DNA of 64,000 nucleotides from Haliotis rubra. Its lineage: Eukaryota. A program made the position numbers and the translations under genes. The first letter of the stretch is position 1. Every line of letters begins with the position of its first letter. The notes below the pieces were generated by a model, which saw only the letters and a list, made by a program, of their open reading frames with translations, was not told the origin of the DNA and made no database searches. The stretch is taken from the NCBI RefSeq assembly GCF_003918875.1, contig NW_025764968.1, positions 62,001-126,000 of the forward strand. The letters are read 5' to 3'. This document shows positions 62,909 to 64,000 of this stretch, piece by piece.

Positions 62909-63400
62909 ATGAGTGAGTGAGTGAGTATAGTTTTACACCGCTTTTAGCAATATTCTAGCAATATGGGCGGGAGACACCAGAAATGGGCTTCACACATTGT
63001 ACCCTTGTGAGGAATCGAACCCAGGGCCCCGTTCCTCAAAGCGATCGTAGCGCTATGTTGATCGTAACTCTTATACTTTAACATAGACTTGTGACTGTCG
63101 TAGCGTTATGTTGATCGTAACTCCTATACTTTAACATAGACTTGTGACTGTCGTAGCGCTATGTTGATCGTAACTCCTATACTTTAACATAGACTTACGA
63201 CTGTCGTAGCGCTATGTTGATCGTAACACCTATACTTTAACATAGAGTTACGACTGTCGTAGCGCTATGTTGATCGGAACTCCTATACTTTAACATAGAC
63301 TTACGACTGTCGTAGCTCTACGATCGCCTTGAGGAACGGGGCCCAGGTCTTACGCGGAATGAGCGAACACTTTAACCACTATAGGTTACCCCACCGCTCC
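62909..63400 (-). mobile_element. tRNA-derived SINE (family of 39110-39271) split by a MITE
   Basis: (GAGT)n tail, GACACCAGAAATGGGCTTCACACA, GGAATCGAACCC (B-box), AACCACTA (A-box); flanks TCTGAT(T/C)TGA. Confidence 0.8.
63025..63343. mobile_element. Harbinger-like MITE with five internal 53-bp repeats
   Basis: TIR GGCCCCGTTCCTCAA..CGATCGTAG; 3-bp TSD CAG; period 53 (63045 to 63098). Confidence 0.8.
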
Positions 63401-63690
63401 TCTGATCTGATGGTTGACAGATAACATATTAGGGAATATGGATAACAACATCTTAATTATGCTGTAATAACAACAGATCCTTATTCCGTTGTTAAGAAGG
63501 ACTGGACTTGCTTGCCAACAGTGTTAGGATGTATAGAAAAACATTGCTATTACAGTGAAACATGGGTGATATGCACTTTTTGTCTACTTTCTAAGGTATG
63601 TGTTGTGTACAGGAAAAGCCTGGACATGTGGGCCATCTGTTACTGTCATAAAGAATATTATTCTTCCCATATACATGTTCATTTTGTCCA

Positions 63691-63880
63691 TACCCATGAA
63701 GATCCGGGTTAGAAGTGATCTAGAAGGCGACTAACTGGATCGGGTGGTCAGACATGTCATCGTAGATCAATGCTTATGCTGTTGATCACTGGATTGTCTG
63801 GTCTAGACTCGATTATATACAGACAGCCGCCATATAGCTGGAATATTGCTGAGTGTGGTGTAAAACTAAACTCCTTCACT
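63691..63880 (+). mobile_element. Meta/MESC-domain SINE (internally deleted)
   Basis: CCCATGAAGATCCGGGTTAG..GGCGACTAAC..GATCACTGGATTGTCTGGTC..AAAACTAAACTC. Confidence 0.75.
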
Positions 63881-64000
63881 TTTTTTCACCAAGCGAAAAG
63901 TATTTTCCATTTCTGAAGAAATGTTTTCAATGACCTTCTCGATATAGTCTCAGCCAACACCTGACGTCACACAAGCCACTTTCATACTGTCCATCCTGTA

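Overview
Eukaryotic genomic DNA, AT-rich and repeat-rich, probably from a mollusc. A gastropod such as abalone is an inference from the SINE families, not a database result. The dominant structure is a head-to-tail array of seven minus-strand genes for ~370-aa Cys-loop (pentameric ligand-gated ion channel, nAChR-like) subunits, each with a single coding exon. They keep the signal peptide, C-x13-C loop, cation-type GEK motif and M1-M4. They lack the acetylcholine-binding aromatic residues and the loop-C vicinal cysteines. The ligand-pocket loops vary strongly between copies while M1-M3 is almost invariant, and M2 is unusual (V9', H11', N16'). Copies 4 and 5 are intact; copy 1 has a Cys-loop C->R change; copies 2 and 3 carry deletions; copies 6 and 7 are frameshifted before M4. 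The repeat units share a 3' flank and a 42-51 nt non-coding 5' exon, six of seven keep a conserved upstream block, and most are bounded by a G-poor CATC-rich satellite. Units are peppered with mobile elements: a full-length Mag-type Gypsy LTR element, Tc1, Kolobok/THAP, pogo/Tigger, hAT- and Harbinger-like MITEs, Helentron-type HINEs, LINE fragments and three SINE families. Two phase-compatible plus-strand exons near the right end suggest the array may sit in an intron of an opposite-strand host gene. The best candidate for a new system is a rapidly evolving, putatively chemosensory Cys-loop receptor array analogous to cephalopod chemotactile receptors.
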